From the NCBI GenBank assembly GCA_041393015.1, contig JAWKKV010000013.1, forward strand, positions 3,255 to 67,254: a stretch of DNA of 64,000 nt. The letters are read 5' to 3'. This DNA is from Chitinophagales bacterium. GTDB taxonomy: Bacteria; Bacteroidota; Bacteroidia; Chitinophagales; JADIYW01. Every line of letters starts with the position of its first letter. The stretch's first letter is position 1. The notes beneath the pieces were generated by a model that saw only the letters and a program-made list of their open reading frames with translations, made no database searches and was not told the origin of the DNA. A program made the translations under genes and the position numbers. Shown piece after piece: positions 19,060 to 29,200 of this stretch.

Positions 19060-19535
19060 TACAAGATAATTTTGGCGTCTATTAAATCTTGGAACATTAA
19101 TATGTGTTGATCATTCAAAGTTTGGAAAGCATCCACTTTAAAATAAAATAAGTCGTGATCGCCTTTAACATCTATTTGATCCACTTTCGTCAGACTCAAA
19201 TAGGCACAAGCCTCTTTCAAAACTAAATTGTTTTTCCAGTGTGTCAAGAGATTTTTCTTAGATAGATATTGCTGTTTATTGTACTTCAAACCCGATTTCT
19301 TACCCAATATTCTAATCACTGAAGTGTGATTTTTATGCAGTAATTGAAGCACTGCAGACTTGGAATGAGCAAGAGTTTGATGTGTTTTAGTATTATGGTA
19401 TACTGCTATAGCATAAAGCTTTGGTGTCATACTAATAGCTGTCACATAAGTACAGATGTTCATATTCACTTGATCCTGATCATAGGTGGCTAAGCTGTAA
19501 ACAGGGGAGTTGATAATATTCCAAGGTCTTCTCAA
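19059..19535 (-). CDS. flavin reductase-like protein
   Basis: 158 aa with a TTG start. Its size and composition fit the flavin reductase-like domain. The assignment is weak. Confidence 0.45.
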   Translation of the reverse strand: MRRPWNIINSPVYSLATYDQDQVNMNICTYVTAISMTPKLYAIAVYHNTKTHQTLAHSKSAVLQLLHKNHTSVIRILGKKSGLKYNKQQYLSKKNLLTHWKNNLVLKEACAYLSLTKVDQIDVKGDHDLFYFKVDAFQTLNDQHILMFQDLIDAKIIL

Positions 19536-19703
19536 CTATTCCTTTATTTGCTCAATTTCTTTCATGATCGCTTCTGCTTCTGCATATTTATCATCCGCCA
19601 ATTTTCTATTGGTTTTAGAAATTTCAAACGATTCCTTCATCAATTTTTGATATTGCTCGTTGAGTTTTTCCTTCTTTGATTTTTTCTTAAATAATCCAAA
19701 CAT
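19536..19703 (-). CDS. small conserved-looking hypothetical protein (55 aa)
   Basis: Not in the ORF track because it is below the length cutoff. My own translation is MFGLFKKKSKKEKLNEQYQKLMKESFEISKTNRKLADDKYAEAEAIMKEIEQIKE. It fills the gap between two genes exactly, and it resembles small flavobacterial Lacal_2735-type proteins from memory. Confidence 0.45.
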   Translation of the reverse strand: MFGLFKKKSKKEKLNEQYQKLMKESFEISKTNRKLADDKYAEAEAIMKEIEQIKE

Positions 19704-19713
19704 AGTTTTCGAT

Positions 19714-20412
19714 TTATATTTTTAATGTTGACATACCGCCATCAATATGAATAATTTGTCCTGTAATCCATTGAGCCTTATCCGATAATAAGAAGGCTGC
19801 CATGTTGGCTATGTCTTCCGGCTCTCCAATTTTCTTTAATGGATGTCTATCCGCATTCGCTTTTTTCTTTTCGTCTGTATTCAATAGTTTTTCTGCCAAA
19901 GGTGTATTCGTTATGGATGGCGCGATAGCGTTGACTCTTATGGTAGGCGATAGTTCTGCCGCCAATGATTTCGTTAAACCTTCTAACGCTCCTTTTGATA
20001 CAGCTACTTTGGTATGGAAATTAAATCCGCTTTGTACAGCTATAGTTGAGAAAAACACAACAGAAGCATTTTTGGACGCCTTTAATTGAGTTAAGATATT
20101 TTGTAACACTCTTATGCCGCCTAACACTTGTAAATTAAAATCCTCTATAAAATCTTCCGATTTAATTCTTTTGAAGGGCACTAAGTGAATGCTTCCCGGA
20201 CAATAAGCGAAACCATCTAATGTCTCAGGAAGAAAACTAAGATCTTGTTCGTCTTTGGTGACATCTAAATAATGATATTCGAGATTCTCTAAATTACTTT
20301 CCGTTGGATGATTACAGTAAGTGCCATATACCTTATTACCTTCTTTGGCCAATGATTCTGCTAAAGATTTACCAATACCGGAAGAAGCGCCTACAATTAA
20401 ATAATTTTTCAT
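19714..20412 (-). CDS. SDR-family oxidoreductase
   Basis: 232 aa. IVGASSGIGKSLA cofactor motif and a short-chain dehydrogenase layout. Confidence 0.8.
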   Translation of the reverse strand: MKNYLIVGASSGIGKSLAESLAKEGNKVYGTYCNHPTESNLENLEYHYLDVTKDEQDLSFLPETLDGFAYCPGSIHLVPFKRIKSEDFIEDFNLQVLGGIRVLQNILTQLKASKNASVVFFSTIAVQSGFNFHTKVAVSKGALEGLTKSLAAELSPTIRVNAIAPSITNTPLAEKLLNTDEKKKANADRHPLKKIGEPEDIANMAAFLLSDKAQWITGQIIHIDGGMSTLKI

Positions 20413-20501
20413 AACGTCTATTTGTTAGCAATGATTTTAATCCATCAATAACAAAGGAACAGATGCTATCACAAAATGTTTAGAAATTTAGTTTATTTGA
20501 G

Positions 20502-21452
20502 TTATTGGCTATAGCCAATATTAAAAAGGGCACTGCCTTGATTGACAACAGGAGCGTGGTTGGAATTCAGTACATATCCTAATTTTGGATTTTTAACAAC
20601 ATGCTCAAATGTTCCGAAAGGGTCTGAAATACTGCCTAATTTTTCACCTTTTTCCACTTTATCTCCCACACTCACAAATGATCTAAACATTCCGGAATGT
20701 CTGGCTCTCACCCAACTTGAGTTTTGAATGATAATGGGTGTTTTGGCCAGTTCCATATTAGAAATTTCTAAAGAAAAATCTCTCATACCAAGAAAATCAA
20801 TGACTCGGATTGCGCCTTCTACGCCCACTTTAGTTACATATTTATCTAAATACATTGATTTTCCACCCTCAAATAAAATTACTTTTTTACCCAATTTTAC
20901 CATTGAATCTCGAAACGACTTTTCTCGGTTCTTAGCATGCATGATGAAAGGTGGTGCAAATGCTTGAGCCAATTCCATGCTTTTTTCATCTTCGCTATTT
21001 AATCTTAAATGAGTATAGTTAAAACGTTGCCCGCCGCCGGTATGGTAATCAATACAATAATCTACATGAGGAATAATTTCAGTCATGATATGATAAGCAA
21101 AGCGGCTGGCTAACGAACCTTTTTTGGCGCCTGGGAAAACACGATTTAAATCTCTTCCATCGGGAAATTCTCTTGTTTGATGAATAAATCCAAAGACATT
21201 TAAAATGGGAATACAGATTATTGTACCACTTTCCGGTTGATTATATTTAGAAGCAACTATTTGTCGAACGATTTCTATACCATTGACTTCATCGCCATGA
21301 ATACCGGCCATCAGCAGAAGACAAGGTCCTGGTTTTTTACCTCTTGAAACAATAATTGGAACTTCAATTTTGGATCGCGTGGGTAGTTTAGCGATATCCA
21401 TTTTTAAAGTAACTGTTTTACCTAATTCAATTTGATGGTCAAGAATTTTCAC
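20502..21452 (-). CDS. succinylglutamate desuccinylase/aspartoacylase-family zinc hydrolase
   Basis: 316 aa. GIHGDEVNG zinc motif. Adjacent to rimK. Confidence 0.7.
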   Translation of the reverse strand: MKILDHQIELGKTVTLKMDIAKLPTRSKIEVPIIVSRGKKPGPCLLLMAGIHGDEVNGIEIVRQIVASKYNQPESGTIICIPILNVFGFIHQTREFPDGRDLNRVFPGAKKGSLASRFAYHIMTEIIPHVDYCIDYHTGGGQRFNYTHLRLNSEDEKSMELAQAFAPPFIMHAKNREKSFRDSMVKLGKKVILFEGGKSMYLDKYVTKVGVEGAIRVIDFLGMRDFSLEISNMELAKTPIIIQNSSWVRARHSGMFRSFVSVGDKVEKGEKLGSISDPFGTFEHVVKNPKLGYVLNSNHAPVVNQGSALFNIGYSQ

Positions 21453-21466
21453 AATAGAATAATTAA

Positions 21467-22339
21467 TTAAGCATGTCTTTCAACATACTTTATAATCGTT
21501 TTGGCAATATCCTTACCTGTGGCATTTTCCATACCTTCTAACCCCGGAGAAGAATTCACTTCTAAAATTAATGGTCCTCTTGCAGATTGCAGCATATCTA
21601 CACCTGCAACACCTAATCCCATGATTCTGGCAGCTTTTAAGGCTGCATTTTCTTCTTCATCAGATAATGTAACAATTTCTGCAGAGCCACCACGATGCAA
21701 ATTGGATCTAAATTCTCCTTCCTTTCCTTGTCTTTTCATTGCCCCAACGACAACACCATCAACCACAAATGCCCTGATATCAGCACCTTTTGCTTCTTTA
21801 ATAAATTCTTGCACGATCACTCTTGCTTTTAATCCATTAAATGCTTCTAGAACAGATTCCGCAGCATTATCATTATCTGCTAACACTACGCCTAAACCTT
21901 GTGTGCCTTCTAATAATTTAATGACCAATGGCGCACCACCTACGGCAGAAATGACATCTTTTACGTTTTTGGAGTAATTGGTGAAAACCGTTTTCGGCAA
22001 ACCTAAACCTGCTCTTGACAATACTTGTAAGCTTCTCAATTTATCTCTTGAACGCATTAAAGCTTGAGACTCAACAGCGGTAAAAACTTTCATCATTTCA
22101 AATTGTCTTACTACAGCTGTACCATAAAAAGTAACAGAAGCTCCAATTCTTGGAATAACCGCGTCAATGTCGGTTAAAAGCTCGTGTTTGTAACTAATCG
22201 CCGGTTTTTTCTTTTCAATAATGATATCGCATTTGGTATGATCTACGATGATCATTTCATGTTTTTTACTTTTGCCCGCTTCTATCAGTCTTTTAGTAGA
22301 ATATAAATTTGGATTTCTTGATAAGACAACAATTTTCAT
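21467..22339 (-). CDS. rimK: RimK-family alpha-L-glutamate ligase (ATP-grasp)
   Basis: 290 aa. [37 protein letters not shown] and [10 protein letters not shown] are ATP-grasp motifs. Confidence 0.85.
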   Translation of the reverse strand: MKIVVLSRNPNLYSTKRLIEAGKSKKHEMIIVDHTKCDIIIEKKKPAISYKHELLTDIDAVIPRIGASVTFYGTAVVRQFEMMKVFTAVESQALMRSRDKLRSLQVLSRAGLGLPKTVFTNYSKNVKDVISAVGGAPLVIKLLEGTQGLGVVLADNDNAAESVLEAFNGLKARVIVQEFIKEAKGADIRAFVVDGVVVGAMKRQGKEGEFRSNLHRGGSAEIVTLSDEEENAALKAARIMGLGVAGVDMLQSARGPLILEVNSSPGLEGMENATGKDIAKTIIKYVERHA

Positions 22340-22349
22340 TTAGTCAGTT

Positions 22350-22772
22350 TTATTGATTTTTATTTTTAATAGACAAATTTCTTTTAGAGGTATCGACAAT
22401 AAATTTATCGGTAAGAAACTTTCTGCCGATCAATACCGGGTATTTCATTGATCCTCTTTCCGTTAAAGAAAGCTTTATGGGATAGGTTTCATTAAAGATA
22501 ACTACTTCTGTTTTAATGAAATAGCGTAACTCTTGCATTCCATTAGAGCTTTTAACCATTTTTTCTCTAAACTCTTTAAATTTGAAAACTTTCTCATGGT
22601 ATTTTTCGTGATCAGGATCAAGAAATTGACACATCAATACCCCATCTTTCACTTCAATATTATGGCAGTGGAAGCTTGATGTATAAGCTCCAGTATCAAT
22701 CTTAATATCTATACCAAACAAATTAAGTTTGGGGAAATCAACAATATCGCTTCTTCCAATGACTGTTTTCAA
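22350..22772 (-). CDS. RimK-associated retropepsin-like / putative ATP-dependent zinc protease (DUF785)
   Basis: 140 aa. DFPKLNL..IKIDTGAYTSSFH and PVLIGRKFL are typical of the family encoded next to rimK. Confidence 0.65.
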   Translation of the reverse strand: MKTVIGRSDIVDFPKLNLFGIDIKIDTGAYTSSFHCHNIEVKDGVLMCQFLDPDHEKYHEKVFKFKEFREKMVKSSNGMQELRYFIKTEVVIFNETYPIKLSLTERGSMKYPVLIGRKFLTDKFIVDTSKRNLSIKNKNQ

Positions 22773-22952
22773 GAATTATGTTTATGATGGAAAAGATTAT
22801 AATGATATGGTAGTAAAATACTTGATCGCTTTAGTAATGTAAAGCTATTACAATTTATTCAAAGTAAAGACTTATTTGAGCGGAGTTAATTGATTTCTAA
22901 ATTAAATATCACTTAGAAGAGGTTTTATTAATGAGACTTTATACAATCCTTT

Positions 22953-23642
22953 CTAATTATTTTTTTCTTTCGCCATGTATTTTTGAACTTGGAGTTCTAT
23001 ACTTGTGGCTGTGGTATAACCATTTGAAATTAGAATTAGTTTGTCGCCCATTTGAAGCACAACGGTAGGGAAACCACTCACACCCATATTGGCGGATTTT
23101 TCAAAATCGTCTCTAGTCGCTTGTTTCATTTCTTCAGACTCAAATGCAACTTTAAATTTTTCACCATCAATGCCATAGGATGCTACAATAGGTAAATAAG
23201 TATCGACATGATTAGTATTTAAATTATCAGCATAAAATGTTTTTTGTATTGCTTTGAAAAACTCAAATGCTTTGTCGGGTTGAATGGATTCCATTGTTTT
23301 TACAGCTCTTGAAGGCGGTTCCGTATCGTAAACAAATGAATGGTCATTTAAAATGTCATAATTGAAAGGTTGTCCGCTTCGTTCTTGTACATGCTCCCAA
23401 TGTTCCTTTAAAAAATCACCCAAACTTTTCATTGTTTCGGTATTATAAGGTCTTAATCCACCCATAATCAATTCAAAATCCACTTTTTCTTTAAGACTTT
23501 CTTTCGCTTTTGAAATTTCTTCTGCAAAGCCATAGCACCAAGAGCAAAGTGGATCTCCGATATATATTAAAGTAGGTTTATTTTGTGCCATAGTTGACTG
23601 ATGTATGAGTAAGGTTAAGAGTAATACAAATAAAATCCTCAT
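22953..23642 (-). CDS. DsbA-family thioredoxin-fold protein
   Basis: 229 aa. Signal peptide and the CSWC active-site motif (GDPLCSWCYGF). Confidence 0.7.
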   Translation of the reverse strand: MRILFVLLLTLLIHQSTMAQNKPTLIYIGDPLCSWCYGFAEEISKAKESLKEKVDFELIMGGLRPYNTETMKSLGDFLKEHWEHVQERSGQPFNYDILNDHSFVYDTEPPSRAVKTMESIQPDKAFEFFKAIQKTFYADNLNTNHVDTYLPIVASYGIDGEKFKVAFESEEMKQATRDDFEKSANMGVSGFPTVVLQMGDKLILISNGYTTATSIELQVQKYMAKEKNN

Positions 23643-23829
23643 GATTGTAGGGCTTCAACGGTTGTAAGTGAATAATAATTCCAAGTAAAAGTAATATTTT
23701 ACTTTTTAGGTGTCCAACTTATCGATTTTACTGAATGAAAACTTTCATCGCCTTGTTCTGCTGGGATGCTTCAATCGATTCCTTTTTTTAAATATTTTTT
23801 TTGAATTGTTCCGCTGAGATTCTTCGCTC

Positions 23830-23848
23830 GTTAATGCGTAGCATTAAC
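23830..23848 (-). terminator. palindrome GTTAATGC-GTA-GCATTAAC just past the TamA-like stop
   Basis: 8-bp perfect arms around a GTA triloop (GCGTAGC core), 5 nt downstream of the minus-strand stop at 23853. Confidence 0.45.
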
Positions 23849-23852
23849 TCAC

Positions 23853-26234
23853 TCAGAACGGATACCCAATAGCGAAGTTCCACACCCAGTTATTGTTTTG
23901 CCTCCATTCTTTAAAATCTGCTGATTGAGTTTGATGAAACCATCGTTCTCCATCACTTTCATATGGTTTATAAAGTGGTATACCTAAATCCAACCGAATA
24001 GCGATAAAACTAAAATCTAACCTTAAACCTAAGCCCGTTGCTAAACCAATCTGCTTATAAAAATCACTGCTTATCTGGCCTCCAGGTCGTTCGGGGTCAT
24101 TTCTTAATAACCATATATTTCCTGCATCAACAAATGTGGCTGCTCTAATAAATTTATATATGGTCCATCGGTATTCAAGGTTAAACAGTAATTTGATGTC
24201 ACCTGCCTGCTCAACTGAATTGTTATTATCTTCCAAATTATCTGAAGCATAAGATCCCGGTCCAATATCTCTAATTTTAAATCCACGAATAGTGTTTGGA
24301 CCACCTACAAAATATTGACGGGAATAAGGCAAACTTTGTGTGTTGCCATAGCTCAATCCAATACCGGTATTTACTCTGCTGATAAAAATTGATTTTGAGT
24401 TGATTTCCCAGTAGTTTCGATAGTCTATTTCAAATTGTGCAAATTGAGAAAATGGTATGCCTAAGATTTTATATTGGTCATTTTGTTTAGATTTTGCAGC
24501 TTTGGCAATCGCATAAGTTAAGTTACCTGAAGATTCAAAACTATGTTGCAATAGGAAGTAATTTGTTTGATCCGCATCTTTCTTTGTGTTAACCGTTAAT
24601 TTGTACTTACTTCCGATTACAAAATTATTTTCAAAACTCGATCGAAGTTGAGCATTAGTAGATAATAAATCATCGAATGTTTTAGTGGTGTTTATTAAAT
24701 ACAACCAACTGAAATTTACAGGCGAAAGATCATGCGTTAGCGATGGTTTATTGAGAATTTTTCTTCTTTGCCAACTATACGTATAATCTAAGTTTAAATC
24801 GTTGATGGTGTAAAACTGAATCCACTTTTGAAAATTCTCAGAGATACTAAAAGTGGTGGTTGGTGGCGAAGGAGATTTCAATTTCTCTTCTATAAATCTT
24901 AATCGCCTCGGAACAGAAAAGGAGAGGCCCATATTAACATCTAAAACATTTAATTCTGCAGTTCTATTACTAAATTGAAACTCTGTACCGGCTCCGGCTT
25001 TAAAAGTAAGATCAATGGCTTTTTTACTTGTATTTTTATTATTGTACATGATTGAAAAAGTAGATCCAAGAAAGCCTAATGTTGAAGAACTAAGATCGAT
25101 ACTTGTTTTAAAATGTTGGTGATTTGTTGGCGTTAATTTTATTGTTACATCTAAACTGTCGTTGCCTACTTTATCGTAATCAATATTTACAAATTTATAA
25201 AGCCCCAAGTTTACAAGACGCCCCGAGGTTAGCTGATAATCATAAATGGAAAATTGATCGTTAGGCTCAATAAAAACATTCTCTGCTATTACTTTTCTTA
25301 CGATAAATGGACGATGTTCAAACAAACTAAAATATTTGCCATCAGGGTTGTTGGAAATTCTTGATTCCAAATTTTTTGTTTTTCGAATACCTTCTACCGG
25401 ATACTTAGGTGTTTTTCGCCAATAAGTAGAAACATTGTCATTGTAGCTCGGATAAATTAAAACATCTCTGATGTAAAATTTCTGGTGGCTAAGAGAATCT
25501 TGAGGTTTTTTAGCGATTAATCGCATATCAAATTGCTTATCGGCAGAAGTATCGACGATATAGATGAGATCGTTTTTGTTAAAATCGTAATAACCATGAC
25601 TTCTAATATAATAAGACAACCCATCTCTATCTTTTTGAATGTGGGAGATGTTGTAAATATCCTTAGACTTTACTTCATAATCCGGATAGGCTTTGAATAA
25701 TGAATCGAGTGGATTATTTAAGGCAGGAATAATGAATGTGTCAATATAGGTTGCGCCGTCATTAAAAATGGTGTAATGTACTTTTACAGCTTTTTCGTTT
25801 CTCTTTTTTGCCTTGACCTCTGCTGTTACTTTAGCATCAAAAAAACCATTGTCTTGCATCGCTTTAGCCAATATTTTTTCTTTTTGATTTACTTCTACGT
25901 CAGTTAAAAGCACTGGCGGTTTTCCTATTTTACTTTGTAACCAATGTTTGAAACCTTTATCTTTTTTAGGTTCTAACTTTAAATGTGCCCAAACTCTCAA
26001 TTGAAATAAACCAAGAAATTTTTTATTGGGTTTGGGTTGAAGTTTTTTGTTTAAACTTCCTTCTAATTTGGCAGCATTCACCTCTTTTATGGCGGGTTCA
26101 AACTTTATTTCTGATCCTAAATAAAGTTGTTGGCCTTCCTTTAAATATTTAGTTCCACTGCAAGAAGGCATCAATATACTTAAGAGCAAAATTACTGCTA
26201 AGTATAAAATAGGATATGATCTTTTTTCAATCAT
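23853..26234 (-). CDS. BamA/TamA-family outer membrane protein
   Basis: 793 aa. Signal/lipobox-like N-terminus and a C-terminal Omp85 barrel ending ..FAIGYPF. There is an ATGA overlap with the upstream TamB-like gene. Confidence 0.75.
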   Translation of the reverse strand: MIEKRSYPILYLAVILLLSILMPSCSGTKYLKEGQQLYLGSEIKFEPAIKEVNAAKLEGSLNKKLQPKPNKKFLGLFQLRVWAHLKLEPKKDKGFKHWLQSKIGKPPVLLTDVEVNQKEKILAKAMQDNGFFDAKVTAEVKAKKRNEKAVKVHYTIFNDGATYIDTFIIPALNNPLDSLFKAYPDYEVKSKDIYNISHIQKDRDGLSYYIRSHGYYDFNKNDLIYIVDTSADKQFDMRLIAKKPQDSLSHQKFYIRDVLIYPSYNDNVSTYWRKTPKYPVEGIRKTKNLESRISNNPDGKYFSLFEHRPFIVRKVIAENVFIEPNDQFSIYDYQLTSGRLVNLGLYKFVNIDYDKVGNDSLDVTIKLTPTNHQHFKTSIDLSSSTLGFLGSTFSIMYNNKNTSKKAIDLTFKAGAGTEFQFSNRTAELNVLDVNMGLSFSVPRRLRFIEEKLKSPSPPTTTFSISENFQKWIQFYTINDLNLDYTYSWQRRKILNKPSLTHDLSPVNFSWLYLINTTKTFDDLLSTNAQLRSSFENNFVIGSKYKLTVNTKKDADQTNYFLLQHSFESSGNLTYAIAKAAKSKQNDQYKILGIPFSQFAQFEIDYRNYWEINSKSIFISRVNTGIGLSYGNTQSLPYSRQYFVGGPNTIRGFKIRDIGPGSYASDNLEDNNNSVEQAGDIKLLFNLEYRWTIYKFIRAATFVDAGNIWLLRNDPERPGGQISSDFYKQIGLATGLGLRLDFSFIAIRLDLGIPLYKPYESDGERWFHQTQSADFKEWRQNNNWVWNFAIGYPF

Positions 26235-29200
26235 TTAGAAATAGGTTTAGGCGCTTCTTTGTTTTCAATTGAATCACTAGGAACTTCAATAGGGAGTGTA
26301 TCATTATTCTCTGTTGGGGTTTCTTTATTAACTTCTTCGGCACCTTTGTAAGATCCTTTTTTAATTAACTTACCAAAGGTTTTTTGATAACTCAATCCAA
26401 TACCTGTTTTCCAAACATTATTATCGTTTAGCAAACTGTAATCTGATTTTTGAAATACATTCAATCTTAAATTACCTTCTTTTGTCAATTTGTATTCTAA
26501 TATAAAATCACCCGCCACATTCGTTAATCCACCTTCTGAATTTCCTGAATTCAAATCTAAGTTAGTGCCTAATTCAAGAATTAATCTGTCATTTAATAAA
26601 CTTTGTTTTATAAAGACATCAATATTAGTAGATTGTGCGAATGTATTTTCGGTATCTGAGCCAGCATCACCTGATAACGCATCATTAGAGGTAGAAGCGA
26701 TACCGACACCAACTTCTAATCCTTTTGCTTTATTGGTTAACTTTTTAAGTTGATTATTAATGAAACTAGAAACGCTACTAAAGGCTATTTGAGAACTAGC
26801 GTTATAGGCTATATCGCTAGAAGTACTATTAATAGTTGTGAAGCCCTGTAAAAGCAAGAGACTAAAAACTTGTGTGTTTAATTCTGTTTTGTTTGATCTT
26901 AACTTTTCTAATGCTCTCGTAACACTACTGGATACGGCATTGCCGGTATTTTGAGGGATTTTAATGTCGAAATCAATTTGTGGTTGATTCAGTTCTCCAG
27001 TGATAGAAAGCACCACGTTAACTTCCGTATTTGGTTTTTTCGCTGCTATTTTCTCATCTTCCGATAAGGTAGTGAATTCATTTTCAATTAAACTGTAAGT
27101 GCTTGTTTTTAATTTGTAAGCAGCCGCTAAGTCTAATTTGGAACTCATAATGTCGCCCACAAAGGTGATTTGCCCGCCGGGAACAATTTCGAAAAATCGT
27201 TTTAAGAAAAAGTCTTCAAAAGTAAATCGATATTGACCAGAAGAAACCTCATAATTTCCATTAATCAATAATTGTCCAGATTCATTTACATCAACCACCA
27301 TATTGCCATTGCCGATAACATCTAAATAATCGCCACTGATGGGGTCAATTACTACTTTAAGTTTGGCTTTGTCATTTATATTGGCATACACCGTTAAATC
27401 AAATATGGTACTGATCTTGTATCTGAGGTTGATGATACTATCAATCTCATTTAAGGTATAATCTCCATTATCTACAAAAATGATATAAGGTTCATTAGAA
27501 ACAGAACTGTTATTGGTAATGGCTTCAATGGTAATGTCCGTGCTATCGTCTGTGGCAAATACGGCGAAGATTTTTGGTTTATTGACTGTGCCGGTAATAT
27601 CGGCATCAAGCTCGGCATTTAACATGCCATAAAAAGGTAAGTTTTTCTGTTTTTTGGAATCCAAAAACGTGAATGATTTGGCACTGAAATTTAAGTTAAA
27701 ACCAATATTACTGAAGTAATTATGAGTAATGTTGCCGGTAAGATTCGCAATTCTTTGTTTGCTATCCACAAAAACTGCCTTCACGTCAATATTATCCTTA
27801 CTGATATCAAAGTCGCCTTTTTTTACTGTGTAATAAGAACCTAAACTAATTACTTCTGTTCCTGCATCATTTAAACTTAGCGTTCCGTCTACATCAGGAG
27901 CAGAAAGGCTGCCACCAATTACTAGCTTACCTGCCAAGTCACCCTTTACATTCTTTACATACTTTCTTAAAAAAGGTTCAATGGCTTTTAATTGAAACTG
28001 CTTAATGTCAACTTCTCCATCAATTTTATTCCCTTCACTTAGAATCGCATCGATGTGAACATCAGTAAATAAATCGGACAAATCTATGCTTGCGGTGGTG
28101 TAACTTCCGCCAATATTCTGAAACTCCATTCCTAAGTTTCCAATCTCAATTCCGTTATATTGAATGGCACCAATGTATAAATCACCTTCAATGGTCATAG
28201 GATCTTCTATGGTGGCTACTTTTAAAGAACCGTTGATGGAGCCTTCTAATGAAGTAGAGTCATTTAAAATAAAGTTGGTAATGTTAGTAGCTTCAAATGC
28301 TTCAAAATAAAGGTCGATTTCTTTATTCTCACCTTTGGTTAGAAATATACCTTGGTCACCTCTAATTAGGTCAAAAGCTGGATATTCAAATTCACCTTTT
28401 CCAATAACAAATGGCTCTGTCATATTCAATCGCCAATTTTTAGCATCCAATACCACAGACTTGTCAGCTATTAATTCAAACAGTTTTTCAGAGGATGTTA
28501 TTTTACCCGTTAAAGCAAATTGATCAATGGCTTCTTCATCTTTAATCTTTATGCCATAGGTACCAATGTTTTCTTTAAATGTTGTAGTCAATTCTAAGGC
28601 TGGAATTTGAACGCTATTGCCAATTATAATTGAATCAGAAGCAATAGCAAAACTCAATTTATTGTCAATGGTTTTACTAATAACCGCAATGTTTTTTAAT
28701 GTTGTTGTTCCAAAAGCAAATTCAGGAACTTGTAAGTCAATATCCACTAAATCTTTTCTAGAGTCAAAGTCTAAGACAATGATGGCGGTATCTAATTTAA
28801 AATTTGATTCGGAGAAGAAATTGGTGAGTTTCCTTGGATTAGAGACATAAAATGCGCCTTTGAAAGATTGCTCAGGGATAGAATCTAATCCTTTTTTAGC
28901 GTTGATTAACTCACTAAATGGAAAATACTCATCTAGGCTTTGCATAATAGCGGGTACAACATTAACAAAGCTAAAATCTCCAACAACGGATCCATTTATT
29001 ATTTCAGAGGCCAATAAAACTTCATTGTCTCCATTATTTTTATTCGAAGCTATAATAGCAATAGAATCCGTTTCCCAAACTTTTCCTTCTTTGGAAAGTC
29101 TTATATCTCTAATTTTTAGCTCGCCATTCATATTGTTTAAAGTAGCTTCTGAGAGATCTGAGGTAATAACCATGCTCGCAGATAATGGCATTTTTGTTAA

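Noticed and set aside
21501-21977. 158-aa plus-strand ORF inside rimK
   Set aside because: It is antisense to a gene with clear ATP-grasp motifs, and its translation is a Pro/Ser/Thr/Ala-rich mirror product.
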